This document shows positions 43,881 to 54,292 of a stretch of DNA of 64,000 bases, one piece after another (positions within the stretch are counted from its first letter, which is position 1; each line of letters begins with the position of its first letter). The DNA is taken from contig CAWFGE010000021.1 in the NCBI GenBank assembly GCA_963815195.1, forward strand, positions 160,001 through 224,000. Direction: 5' to 3'. This DNA comes from an uncultured Planctomycetaceae bacterium. Lineage in GTDB: Bacteria; Planctomycetota; Planctomycetia; Planctomycetales; Planctomycetaceae. The position numbers and the translations under genes were made by a program. The notes under the pieces are model-generated. The model was not told where the DNA came from and did no database searches. It saw nothing but the letters and a program-made list of their open reading frames with translations.

Positions 43881-46800
43881 ATGCTCTTCCATCGAAAATG
43901 GACATTGATCGTCATCGGATCCGCCGTGCTGGTGTATTCGATTATTGTCCTCTGTTTCATCGTCACCACGCCCGATGTCGGCTTGCGGGTTTTGCTTTCG
44001 GAGGCGGACTCTTCTCAACAAGCCCCGGTCCAGGGGATCCGCATTCACGCGACCCCGCATTTGATGGCCAGCGTCCCCAAGGGACAGAAATTGACACCGC
44101 AAGTCGGCGACCGTCTATTGCAGTTGGGCGGTTTGCCCACCCACAGTTTTTTGGATTTCGCCTGGAAGATGGATCGGCTGCGGAATGCGAAACCTAAAGA
44201 TGCTCCTCTGGCGCAGGGAGAAGATTTATGGCGGGCCGTGGAGAAATTTGTGGGCCCCTCCGAGCCTCGTGGAGTATTCGGGCGGGGAACGCTGGATCAG
44301 AGCCGAGTTTTCGCGGCCCGCCTCCGGGGGGAAGCCGGGGCCACCCTTCACCGCCTATCTTCAGGTGCAGTCGCTGCCTTTGAGCGAAGTGTTTTTGAGC
44401 TTTATCTGGTTCGCGCTGCAGCTCGGGTTTTTCATGCTGAGCGCTTTGTTGTGCTGGAACCGGCCGTTTGACCGGGCCGCGCGGGTGCTGTTTGGTTTGG
44501 GGATCGTTGGATTGGGGGCCTTCATCGCGGGGAATCATTGGTGGGTGATGGCTGCGAACCGCTGGCTGATCGTGCCTTGCGCGACGTGCGGGATTCTGCT
44601 GCCGGCGGTCTTGTTGCATTTCTTTTTGGTGTTTCCTCGCCCCAGGCTGTTTCTGCAAACGCACCGCGTGCTCTCGATGTTTGGCGTGTACCTGGTGCCG
44701 ACGCTGGCGGTCGCGGCCACGATGATGGTCGTGTGGCTCACCGGCCAAACACACGATCCCGGGGATCCGGCCGACGTCGCCGAGCTGGTTCCTCTCCTGG
44801 ATGGATTGCGATACGGCATCTACGGCTACTTCTGCGTGGCGGCGGTCTACTTCTTGCTTTCGCTGTTCGTGCTCTGGCAGAGCCTCGGGCAGTCTCAACA
44901 GGCCAAAGAGCGTCAGCAGCTTCGCTGGATTTGGCACGGGGCGACGCTGGCTTCCCTCTTTATCGCCATCACCTTGGTGCTCGCCTTCAAGAACCGCGGG
45001 GACTTTGCCTTGGGCAGCGGACGGGTTCCGATGTTCCTCGCGGCGGTGTCCTTCATCGTCGCGTTTTCCGTCGCGATGGTTCGGCATCAGTTAATGCAGG
45101 TCGATCAGATCATCAGCCGGAATATGCTGTATTACGTCGCGAGCCTGGGGCTCACCGCTGTCATCAGCCTGATGATCGCGCTCAGCATTCTCGTGCCGCA
45201 GTGGTTCAACCTCACCTTGTCGACGCAGCAAGCCCTCACGGTCGCGGCGGTGCTCACCCTTTCCGTGATTTTGCTGCTCTGGCTCCGGGATTTGTTCCAG
45301 CAGATGATCGACCGGCAGTTTTTCCGCGACCGCTACCGCCTCGACAAGGCGCTCGAGCGGATTCAGCATTCCGTGGCAAAGCTCAGCGATCCCGAGGCGA
45401 TCGCCCAACTGTTTCTCGGCTCCTGCCGGGATGTGTTGGGTGTGGAGCGGGGGGCGCTTTATCTTCGCCCGGCCACTGATGAGCCGTTCCGGTTAATGGC
45501 TCTCGCGGGCGACGGCCCGGCTTCGCTGCCTCTGGAGGGGCCGTTTTTGTCCACTCTCAAAATGCGGTCCGTCGACGGCTGGCTTTTGCCGTCCCTGCTT
45601 CCCTTGGATCCGCCGTTTTTGTCGACGCTCAAAGACCAGGGCAGCCTGCAGCGGATCACGCCGGGTTCCAGGAGCGAGCTTTCCGCCGAGCAGGCCTTGC
45701 TCTGGGAACTCGACGTCGATTTGGTGCACGGTTTGGAATCCTCCGAGGGCGTGGCGGGGCTGGTGCTCTTGGGGCCGAAGCGGCACGCGATTTCGTTCAC
45801 GTCCGAAGACCTCACCTTCTTAAACGCCCTGGGGCAGATTGCCAACGTAGCGATGTACAGCGCCCAGGTGGTCGATCAAAACATTTCCCGCTTGAACGAG
45901 GAGTTGGAGCTCAAGCTGGAAAAAATCGCCGAGCAGCAACGGCAGATTCTCGCTCCTTCAAGCCCAGTTGACGCAAATCAGCGATGAGCCCGCGCGGACG
46001 CCCGCGGCCCGGCAAGCGTTTCGTCGGGAGGATTGCAAAGGCAGCAGCCCGGCGATGAAGAAAGTCCTCGACACCGCGCGAAAGGTCGCCGCCAGCGAGA
46101 CGTCGGTGCTGCTCCGGGGGGAAAGCGGGACCGGCAAAGAGGTGATCGCCCAGGTGCTCCACAACAACAGCTCGCGGGCGGGCCAACCGATGATCCGCGT
46201 GCACTGCGCTTCGCTGTCGCCGAGCCTTTTGGAAAGCGAATTGTTCGGCCACGTCAGAGGCGCGTTCACCGGGGCGCACCAGGACCGGGTCGGGCGGTTT
46301 CAAGCCGCGAACGGCGGCACGCTGTTTCTCGACGAAATCGGCGACATTTCCCTGGAAACGCAAATCAAGCTGCTGCGGGTGCTGCAGGAACGGTGCTTCG
46401 AGCCGGTCGGCAGCGTCGAAACGGTGCGCGTCGACGTGCGGCTCATCACGGCGACGCATCAGAATCTCGAAGAACTCATCCGGGCCGGCAGGTTTCGCGA
46501 CGATCTGTTTTACCGGCTGAACGTGATCAGCATGGAACTCCCCCCGCTCCGAGAACGGCGGGAAGACATCTTGGAACTGGCGTTGCACTTTTTGGGGCGG
46601 GCGGCCAAGCGGCTCGGGAAAACGCTGACGCACATCGACGAGGAGGCTTTGGAGCTTTTGGAACGCTATCCGTGGCCGGGCAACATCCGCGAGTTGGAGA
46701 ACATCATCGAGCGGGCGGTCGTCCTGGCCGAGGGCACGGTGCTGACTCCCACGGAATTGCCCGCGGAATTGATCTCCGCCAAAGGCCGGAAACGGCCGGA

Positions 46801-47098
46801 CTCCGCGCCGGCGACGCCCTTCGTGATTCAACAAACCGCCGCCCTGAGACGCGACGATGCGGTCACGAAATCCGCCCGAAGCGATGCGGAGAATCACTCC
46901 GCCCGCGAGGCGGCGTTCGCCAAGTCTTCAACAAAACCGGCGGTTGCAAAAGCCTGCCTGCGAAGCGTCGAGGTCGAACGGGAAGAACTCCTCGCCGCGC
47001 TCGATGAATCGGGCGGCAACAAATCCCAGGCCGCCAAGAGACTCGGCCTGCCCCGCAGCACGTTCTTCAGCAAACTCAAACGCCACGGGATCGCATGA
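43881..47098 (+). CDS. Membrane-anchored sigma-54 activator (TM, PDZ-like, multi-TM, GAF, AAA+, Fis HTH); apparent extra bases near 44256 and 45955
   Basis: Three ORFs join to ~1071 aa; GESGTGKE, ELFGHVRGAFTGA, FLDEIGD, RDDLFYRL, WPGNIRELEN, GNKSQAAKRLGL. Confidence 0.82.
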
Positions 47099-47117
47099 GG
47101 TTTTCGGGCGTTTGTCC

Positions 47118-47169
47118 GTAGCGGCGGCTTCCCGCGACCGAAGAGACACGGCGGCAAGATCCCGCCGCT
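47118..47169. repeat. GTAG-class REP-like doublet between convergent genes
   Basis: GTAGCGGCGGCTTCCCGCGACCG ... CGGCGGCAAGATCCCGCCGCT. Confidence 0.5.
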
Positions 47170-47189
47170 TGGAGAATCATCGGTCCTCC

Positions 47190-48230
47190 TCACGCGCGGT
47201 CGAAGGGGAAAGCTTGGACCTGATCGATGGACGAGAGATCCAAGGCGAGCATGACGAGCCGATCCACGCCCAACGCGACGCCCGCGCAATCCGGCAAGCC
47301 GGCTTGCATCGCGGGGAGCAAGCGGTTCGTTTCCGGCAGCCGGCGGGCGTGTTCTTTTTGGCGGAGTTCGTTCTGCTTTTGTATGCGGATTTGAAGCTCC
47401 GCCGGGTCGGTCAGTTCGTGGTAGCCGTTGCAGACTTCGACGCCCTCGATGTACAACTCGAACCGCTCGGCGACCGGGGGATGGTCGCCCCGCACCTTCG
47501 CGAGGGCGGCTTGCGAAGCGGGATAATCATAAAGAAACACGGGGTGATCGATTCCCAACTCCGGCTCCACGAGGCTCGCCAACAGGAAGTTGAGCCATCC
47601 GTCCCGGTCTTTTAAGGAAAGACCCTCCGGCGGAGGGGCATCGTGCATCAGGGCCAGTTGGGCAAACTCGGCGGTCTCCAGATCGAGCACCTCGCAACCC
47701 GCATAGCGTTCGAAGGCCTGGTTATAGGTGAGGCGTTCAAACGGCACTTCCGAGAATCCCGCGTCCGGCCGGAAGCGGGCCGCCTCCGCGAACGCCCGGC
47801 GAACGAGCCCTTCCGTAAAATCCATCTGGGCGTGGTGGTCGTCGCCCGCGCGATACCACTCGGCCATCGTAAATTCCGGGTTGTGCCGGCCGCCGCGCTC
47901 GCCGTTTCGCATGACGGGCGAGATTTGATAAATGGCCTCCGCCCCCGCCGCGAGCAATCGCTTCATGGCGAACTCCGGCGACGTTTGCAGGTAGAGAATC
48001 TCTCCGCCGCCGTCTTCCGCGGGCAATCGGCCGCGGTGGTAATGCGCGATGAAGGGATCCAGGTGGGCGTCGACCACGATGTCGTGCGACAAGATCGGCG
48101 TTTCCACCTCCCAATAGCCGGCCTCGTCGAACACCCGCCGAAGCGCGGCCAACAGCGCCGCCCGCTGTTTGAGGACCTCCAGCGAAGCCGCCGGCCGCCA
48201 ATCGGATACGGGATCGTCGGATTCGGACAC
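47190..48230 (-). CDS. epmA: EF-P lysine aminoacylase EpmA (GenX/PoxA)
   Basis: YLQTSPEFAMKRLLAAG, HNPEFTMAEWY, ERFELYIEGVEVCNGYHELTD, GVALGVDRL. Confidence 0.95.
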   Translation of the reverse strand: MSESDDPVSDWRPAASLEVLKQRAALLAALRRVFDEAGYWEVETPILSHDIVVDAHLDPFIAHYHRGRLPAEDGGGEILYLQTSPEFAMKRLLAAGAEAIYQISPVMRNGERGGRHNPEFTMAEWYRAGDDHHAQMDFTEGLVRRAFAEAARFRPDAGFSEVPFERLTYNQAFERYAGCEVLDLETAEFAQLALMHDAPPPEGLSLKDRDGWLNFLLASLVEPELGIDHPVFLYDYPASQAALAKVRGDHPPVAERFELYIEGVEVCNGYHELTDPAELQIRIQKQNELRQKEHARRLPETNRLLPAMQAGLPDCAGVALGVDRLVMLALDLSSIDQVQAFPFDRA

Positions 48231-48305
48231 CAAAAACCTCCGTGATTTCAAAGTAAAAAAACGCGCTGTTTTGGGAGTCTTTTCGGCGGAGAATGGAACC
48301 GTGGG

Positions 48306-49160
48306 CTAACGCCCAGCGGCTGATTCGATCGGCCAAATGCCCTCGAAGACTTCCACGGCCGGGCCGGTGAGATAGACCTGGTTGTCGTCGGTGTTCCAAT
48401 CTACGTCGAGCACTCCGCCGGGGAGTCGGCAGCGGACTTTTGGTTCCGTGTGATTCAAAAGTTTGCAGGCGACGACGGCGGCGCAGGCTCCCGTGCCGCA
48501 GGCGAGAGTTTCGCCGGCACCGCGCTCCCAAACGCGGAGGGCGATCTCCTCGCGGGAGAGGACTGTGACGAACTCCACGTTCGTGCGATTGGGGAATCTT
48601 GGATGCCGTTCGATCCGCGGGCCGATCTTCAACACCCAATCGTCGCAGAGTTCTTCCACAATCACGACCACATGCGGGTTGCCCATCGAAACACAGGACG
48701 CCCACACCTGCCGGCCGCCGATGTCGAGCGAAACGTTGAGCGGCGGATTGCCAGTGAGTTTTGTGGGAATGCTCGCGGAATCGAGGACGGGCGATCCCAT
48801 GGAAACCCGCACGCGGCGGGCGAAGCCGGCTTCGGCTTCCACTTGTACGGCTTTCACCCCGGCGTCGGTTTCCACGGCGAACTCCGGCCCCGCGACCATC
48901 CGCCGATCGAACAGATATTTCGCGACGCACCTGAGACCGTTGCCGCACATCTCGGCGGGCGTCCCGTCGGCGTTCCAGATTCGCATGCGGGCTTCGGCGA
49001 CACGGGAGGGGCCGATGACGATCACGCCGTCCGCCCCCGCACCGGTGTGGCGATCGCTCATCGCCGCCGCCAACCGCGAGAAGTCTTCAGGCACGGTTTC
49101 CGTGAATGCGTCCAGGTAGATGTAGTCGTTCCCGGCCCCGTGCATCTTGGTGAACCGCAT
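48306..49160 (-). CDS. dapF: Diaminopimelate epimerase
   Basis: FTKMHGAGNDY, EMCGNG, SMGNPH, TNVEF, ERGAGETLACGTG. Confidence 0.96.
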   Translation of the reverse strand: MRFTKMHGAGNDYIYLDAFTETVPEDFSRLAAAMSDRHTGAGADGVIVIGPSRVAEARMRIWNADGTPAEMCGNGLRCVAKYLFDRRMVAGPEFAVETDAGVKAVQVEAEAGFARRVRVSMGSPVLDSASIPTKLTGNPPLNVSLDIGGRQVWASCVSMGNPHVVVIVEELCDDWVLKIGPRIERHPRFPNRTNVEFVTVLSREEIALRVWERGAGETLACGTGACAAVVACKLLNHTEPKVRCRLPGGVLDVDWNTDDNQVYLTGPAVEVFEGIWPIESAAGR

Positions 49161-49312
49161 GCCGCCTTCCATTTCGAGAAATCCTGAAAAATGTCGCCCG
49201 CCGGCTTTCGCGAGGGGCGGAACCATCATCGGATCTCAAGCATACCAAACCAAGCGCGGAAAGGCGCGCCGGGCCAACCCGCCCGGAACGAAGCCAAGCG
49301 AGGCCGAGGCGG

Positions 49313-49657
49313 TTATTCCGGAGTGGCGGTATTCAGAACGCCGATGCAACCACTGGAAAGACGCGTGGGCGGGAAATTGTCGTTGAAACCAGGGGTGCAG
49401 AAATCGGTCTGGTCCTGAAACACCGATCCGCTGATCGTGCCCACGTTCGACTTCGTCACGCCGCAAAAGCTGTAGCTTTGGTTGAGGTCGCCGACCGCCG
49501 TGGCGACATCCGCCAATTCATACATCACGGATGTGCGCAGCGTGCTGAGTCCGGCGATGCTGCCGATGACGACAATCACCGCCACCAAAATCAGCTCGGA
49601 GCTCACAACAAACCCGGATTCATCCCGCAGAAGTTTGGCGAACAGGGAAATTGGCAT
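49313..49657 (-). CDS. Flp/type IVb pilin-like small protein
   Basis: RDESG|FVVSSELILVAVIVVIG, ELADVA..VGDLNQSYS. Confidence 0.75.
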   Translation of the reverse strand: MPISLFAKLLRDESGFVVSSELILVAVIVVIGSIAGLSTLRTSVMYELADVATAVGDLNQSYSFCGVTKSNVGTISGSVFQDQTDFCTPGFNDNFPPTRLSSGCIGVLNTATPE

Positions 49658-49728
49658 GGCGTCTCGCATGAACAGGATTCTGGGTGAGTGGAATCAAAAC
49701 GTGCTGCCTGGAATTAGCGCTAACCGTT

Positions 49729-50661
49729 TCAGGCCGTAACCTGCGGCGACAAAAGTTTTTTGCGGAAAAAGACGGCTGCCGCGGTCAAACCCGCCAGCAA
49801 CAAGATAATCGACGACGGTTCCGGAACCGTAGGCGTTTCCGGTCCCGCGGAAACTACCAAATTGTCAAAACCAAACCGGTCTTCCAAACTGGTGGCGTTG
49901 CTCGCATCGACACCAATCAAGCGGACTTGCGAAATGGGCATATCACTCGTGAATCCAAAGAAAAGCAGGGAGGCGTTCAATTCGTTCGTCGGCGAGGAGA
50001 TCGGCACAAAGGGATGCGGCATGTTGAACTGCGTCGTCATGCCGTTGGAATCCGTGACCGCGACCATCACCTGTCCGTTGAAGTCACCAAAATCCGTGCC
50101 AAAAAAGCCCAAAGCGTTGACGGGCGTCTGATCAAAGTCGATTAAGAAGTCGAGATTGACCGTATTGGTGTCCAAATACTGCGTTCCGCCAATGGGTATT
50201 TGCACGGGGAACCGGCCGGCGGCATTGTCAACGGGACCCGGATTGGCCAGGGTGATGTCGGACAGAATCGCAGGGTTGGCCGTCAAGCTGGCTGAGATGG
50301 GAAGAGACCCCGAACCCGGAGGCAACCGCTGAAAATCCAAATTGAGCGAGATATTCGAAGGCACACTTTGAGGGCCGACGCCGACGAAGGAGGAGCGATT
50401 CCGAAATTCAAAATCTTCGATACCGAAATCCGCCCCGTTCAACGCGGCGATAAAACTGTCGTATCCGGCTTGAGAATTCGTGTTTGCGGGCAAGCCGACC
50501 CCGGGCATTTGCGGCGTCGCCAACAGGTCGTCGACGATGAGTCCTGAGTTGTCTGCACTGTTAATGCCGGTGGCGTAGAACGTCAGCATCCCCGCCGCGG
50601 CCGTGTGAGTCAAAAAGAGGACGGCGGATACCATTCCCAAAAGTCTTCTCGCAATAAACAT
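49729..50661 (-). CDS. PEP-CTERM sorting domain protein
   Basis: Signal peptide; C-terminal VPEPSS + TM + RKK. Confidence 0.88.
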   Translation of the reverse strand: MFIARRLLGMVSAVLFLTHTAAAGMLTFYATGINSADNSGLIVDDLLATPQMPGVGLPANTNSQAGYDSFIAALNGADFGIEDFEFRNRSSFVGVGPQSVPSNISLNLDFQRLPPGSGSLPISASLTANPAILSDITLANPGPVDNAAGRFPVQIPIGGTQYLDTNTVNLDFLIDFDQTPVNALGFFGTDFGDFNGQVMVAVTDSNGMTTQFNMPHPFVPISSPTNELNASLLFFGFTSDMPISQVRLIGVDASNATSLEDRFGFDNLVVSAGPETPTVPEPSSIILLLAGLTAAAVFFRKKLLSPQVTA

Positions 50662-51068
50662 TTCAGTCGCTTTCAAGCGGACGGCCCATCCCGCTACCAA
50701 AAAAAGAAGGAAAAGTCAGACCCCGCGTTGCGATAAAGCAAACACCATTCCTGACCTTGGCAAATCGCCCTAAAAATCGGCGATTCCGCGCGGTTGGGAG
50801 CGTCTGCGCGGCAGAAACGGCACCCTCGCGCCAACGGTTTCAGCCGGGATGCGCCGATAGTTCATGGAACCCTTTGCCGGACAGAGAGCGATCGCGAGAG
50901 GCGATTCGGTGCGCAGAGAAGCGCGGAAGCAACGGGCAGGCCATTCTTGTGGTTGTTTGTCGATCGTCTGGCCCGCGATGGAACGATTATAACACCGCAC
51001 GCAGCCTGCCAACAGTGAAAATTGATGTGGTTTTGGGAGTTTTGCGAACCGAGCGGTTTTGCGGTTCG

Positions 51069-52364
51069 TCAGAGAATGTTGGCGAAGTCCGCTTCCGCGC
51101 GGCCGAGGTCGAGGCGGTTCAGAAAGTTGGAATAGCACATCCAAGCCGTCAATGCGTTCAAATCGGCCACCTGCGGCGGCAAATACTTGGGGGGTGCGAG
51201 CACGCCCTCCTCCGCCAGATGCGACAGCGTCCGCATGTCCTCGAGCGTCGTCTTGCCGCAGAAGAGCAGCGGAATCCGGTCGATCAGGCCTTTGCGAGTC
51301 GCGAGGCGGATGTAGTTATAAATCAGAATAAAGCCTTTGCTGTAGCTGATATCCTTGGTAAACGGCCCGCCTTCGGGCGTGCTGCCGCGGTACACGCGCA
51401 TCGTGTTGGAAAAACTCTCCTCGTCGCCCAATCCCTGGCTGCGGAAGAACTCGAACACATCGCGGAACGTCGCCCCATCCTCGGCGAGGCTCACCGCGCG
51501 GATGCGATTGGTCACCCGCCGCAGCCGGGCGGGATGCGACGCGAACGCGAAGATTTCCATCACGATCGCCAGGCCTTCCTGCGTGATCGTCGCGGACGGG
51601 GGGCCTTTGCTGAGGAATGTGCACACCGGCTGGCTCATCCCGTTGAGCGTCGTCCCCACGTGCACCCAGCCCTCGTGGACTTCCAAAAGTCTGAGGTCCT
51701 GCATGTTGAAACGGGCTTCTTTGCGAATCTTGAGGTAATCCGTGCCCGCCGCGGCGTCGGAGACGATGCCGTCGCTCAACATCACGCGAATCGGCCGGTC
51801 CGGGTCGGAAAACGCCTGGTTCAGCCGCTCTTGCAGAATGGCGACCGCATCTTCGCCGGTGATGGTCTTTTCCTGCGTGGGCAGGCTGCCTTTCTGATCG
51901 ATCTTGCCGAGGGCTTCGGACATCATCATGCCCAGATCCGCGAGCGTGGGGTCGCCCGCGTGGAACACGTCGCTCGCGCTCCCGTAAAGCTGTTGCGAAT
52001 AGCTGGCGAACTCCGGAAGTCCGCGGGCTTCGAGCATCCGCACGACGATGCGGTATTCGTGGCACATCCGCCGGAGAATCACGCCCACCGGGCTGAACTG
52101 CCCCAGCCGCCGGCTGACTTGCCGCTCGAGTTCGTGAAACTCCAGCCGCTTCGCGACCGGATCGAACCCCAGCGGGCGGTTCTCATAATACGCCCGGTCC
52201 ACCGCCGGCTGCTCTTTAAAGCCCTTTTCGAAAAACTTCTTTTGAACGTCGGCGTCCCATTTGATCGCGTCCAGAATCCGGATTGGCCGCTGGGCTTCGA
52301 CGATCTGGTCGGACAACTCGCGAATGGCTTTTCGGTAGGCTTCTTTGTTGACTTCGGACGGCAT
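51069..52364 (-). CDS. QEGLA-motif protein (DUF1704, tyrosine carboxypeptidase-like)
   Basis: HEGWVH zinc motif, TQEGLA, FTKDISYSKG. Confidence 0.85.
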   Translation of the reverse strand: MPSEVNKEAYRKAIRELSDQIVEAQRPIRILDAIKWDADVQKKFFEKGFKEQPAVDRAYYENRPLGFDPVAKRLEFHELERQVSRRLGQFSPVGVILRRMCHEYRIVVRMLEARGLPEFASYSQQLYGSASDVFHAGDPTLADLGMMMSEALGKIDQKGSLPTQEKTITGEDAVAILQERLNQAFSDPDRPIRVMLSDGIVSDAAAGTDYLKIRKEARFNMQDLRLLEVHEGWVHVGTTLNGMSQPVCTFLSKGPPSATITQEGLAIVMEIFAFASHPARLRRVTNRIRAVSLAEDGATFRDVFEFFRSQGLGDEESFSNTMRVYRGSTPEGGPFTKDISYSKGFILIYNYIRLATRKGLIDRIPLLFCGKTTLEDMRTLSHLAEEGVLAPPKYLPPQVADLNALTAWMCYSNFLNRLDLGRAEADFANIL

Positions 52365-52566
52365 TGGGGTGGAGCTTTCGGAAATCGGCGCAAGGGAAAC
52401 CGACAATGCCGAATTATATCGTCTTTTGGAAAATCCCCTATGGAGAAAATCCGCCGGCCCTCGCTTCGCGATGCCAATTGGATCCAACTCACAAATTCCG
52501 CAGCTTCCCTCCAAGCCGTCAAACCGCTCAAACCCGAAACCGGGAGAAGCAATGTCCGTCGGCGGA

Positions 52567-53988
52567 TCAAGCGCGGATCGAGTCGATCGCCCGGGGTTTT
52601 CGGTTTTTCGGGCCGAGGCGGATTGTGGAGCCGAAGGCCTCGAGCATGGTATTGTAAACGTCAAGGCCTTCGGCACCGACATCCATGATCTGGCCGGTCT
52701 TGAAGCGGCCGTTCGCACTGGAAATGCAGTGGAACACGCCGGACAGTTCGCGCTTGACGTCGTTATGCCGGCCATCTCCCGATTCGGTCGAGATGGTGAT
52801 CAGCGAGTTTTCGAGGATGGTGCGGCCGTTGGGTTCCTTGCACTCGACCGTGTCCAAAGCCTTCAGGAAATAGGCGATCTCGCGCATTTTCATGTGAGCG
52901 TGCGCCCGCAGCGCCTCGTTCTTTTGCTTCTCGTTGAACTTGTGCCACCACTCGTGGCTGCAACCTTTGTCGCCGCTGGCGTTGTGCTGTTTGGCATCGT
53001 CGAATCGCCAGCGTTTTTCGCCGTGATAACTGTAATCACCGGTCAAGCGGATGCGTTCGCCGGCCGCCAGGAAGGTCAGCGACCCAAAACGCACGCGGTC
53101 CATTTGGACCGCGAGCGCATAGATGTCGGTGAGCAACCGCCACTCGGTCGAGAGTTCTTCCAGCGTGATGTCGATGCCTTGGCCGCCCGGATCGGCCGGA
53201 CCGCCGTGCGGGATGGCCGAGCGCGGCGGCAGCTTCGGCCCCTCGGTATTCTTGTGCTTCATCGCCAAAGCGCGCTGTTCGAACTCACGGATGCGGTCGA
53301 GGTGATCGGCCACGCGGGCTTTGGACGCGCTGCCCAGCGGCGAGTTGGGACCGGTGTAGAAGCGGTAGTCCTCGACCACCGTATCCAAGACGCTATGCCG
53401 CAGCCGCTGGTTCAGATCTCCCTTGGCGACGGCGACGCCTCCGAAGACGCGCTCGAACAGATCGCGCGGCTTCTCCTGAATCGTGGCGGCCACCGTGCCG
53501 TCCAAGTTGTAGCTGTGCACGTACCGTCCCACCCGGCTGCGGCGAAAGAATGTCCCGCCGATCAAAGTCGGCACCATGCCTTGGGGCAGTCCCTGAGGAT
53601 AACAGGTCTTGCGGATGACCTGATCGATCGACGGCCCGCCGGATTTGGCTTCGCCGTCGGGCGGTTCCGCGGTGAAGGCCCCGGACGCCCCGTCATAGTG
53701 CGCGTTGATGCCTTTTTCGTCGCAGCGGACCTGATCGACGTTCCGCATGATGAGCAGCTTCTTGCTCAGCGGTTCGAGCGGTTCCAACACGCCTTTAAAG
53801 CCTTCCTTTTGCAAGGGGGCGGGAATTCCCAGCCCGAAGAAGACGTTAAACGCCCGCACGGGACTCTCCGGCTGAGGAGCCGCAAGTAGGCGGGATGAAA
53901 GCATCTCTTCGAGCAGCGGCAATCCGATGGTGGCGGTTCCCAGGCTCTTGAGCATTGTCCGGCGGCTAATGGGTGTGTGAGGCATCAT
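52567..53988 (-). CDS. DUF1552 domain protein (Tat-like signal)
   Basis: ISRRTMLK..LPLLEEM, SIDQVI, PRDLFERVFG, HLDRIREFE, GRTILENSL. Confidence 0.85.
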   Translation of the reverse strand: MMPHTPISRRTMLKSLGTATIGLPLLEEMLSSRLLAAPQPESPVRAFNVFFGLGIPAPLQKEGFKGVLEPLEPLSKKLLIMRNVDQVRCDEKGINAHYDGASGAFTAEPPDGEAKSGGPSIDQVIRKTCYPQGLPQGMVPTLIGGTFFRRSRVGRYVHSYNLDGTVAATIQEKPRDLFERVFGGVAVAKGDLNQRLRHSVLDTVVEDYRFYTGPNSPLGSASKARVADHLDRIREFEQRALAMKHKNTEGPKLPPRSAIPHGGPADPGGQGIDITLEELSTEWRLLTDIYALAVQMDRVRFGSLTFLAAGERIRLTGDYSYHGEKRWRFDDAKQHNASGDKGCSHEWWHKFNEKQKNEALRAHAHMKMREIAYFLKALDTVECKEPNGRTILENSLITISTESGDGRHNDVKRELSGVFHCISSANGRFKTGQIMDVGAEGLDVYNTMLEAFGSTIRLGPKNRKPRAIDSIRA

Positions 53989-54081
53989 GATTCTCCATTG
54001 GTGTTTGGCAAGGGGCAATGGAACAAAAGCCGGCGAACCGGCTGCGATTTACAACGGGTTTGAAAACGGACCGTCGCAAAC

Positions 54082-54273
54082 GTGAGGGGTACGGGGCTAG
54101 CCGCCGGGCTTGACGTTGACAACACCACGTCATCGACGCCGGAGGCTAGCGCGTACCGCTCACATTTTCAAGCCGGAGGCTAGCGCCTACCGCTCACTTT
54201 TTCAAGCCGGAGGCTAGCGCCTACCGCTCACTTTTTCAAGCCGGAGGCTAGCGCCTACCGCTCACATTTTCAA
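54082..54273. repeat. REP-like element: one inverted arm plus four tandem 34-bp units
   Basis: GCCGGAGGCTAGCGCCTACCGCTCACTTTTTCAA at 54138, 54172, 54206, 54240; inverted diverged arm at 54082-54109. Confidence 0.88.
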
Positions 54274-54292
54274 GTTCTTAGACTTACAAGCG

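Noticed and set aside
54138..54273. Possible CRISPR array
   Set aside because: The units are contiguous with no unique spacers, and an inverted arm indicates a REP-type tandem.
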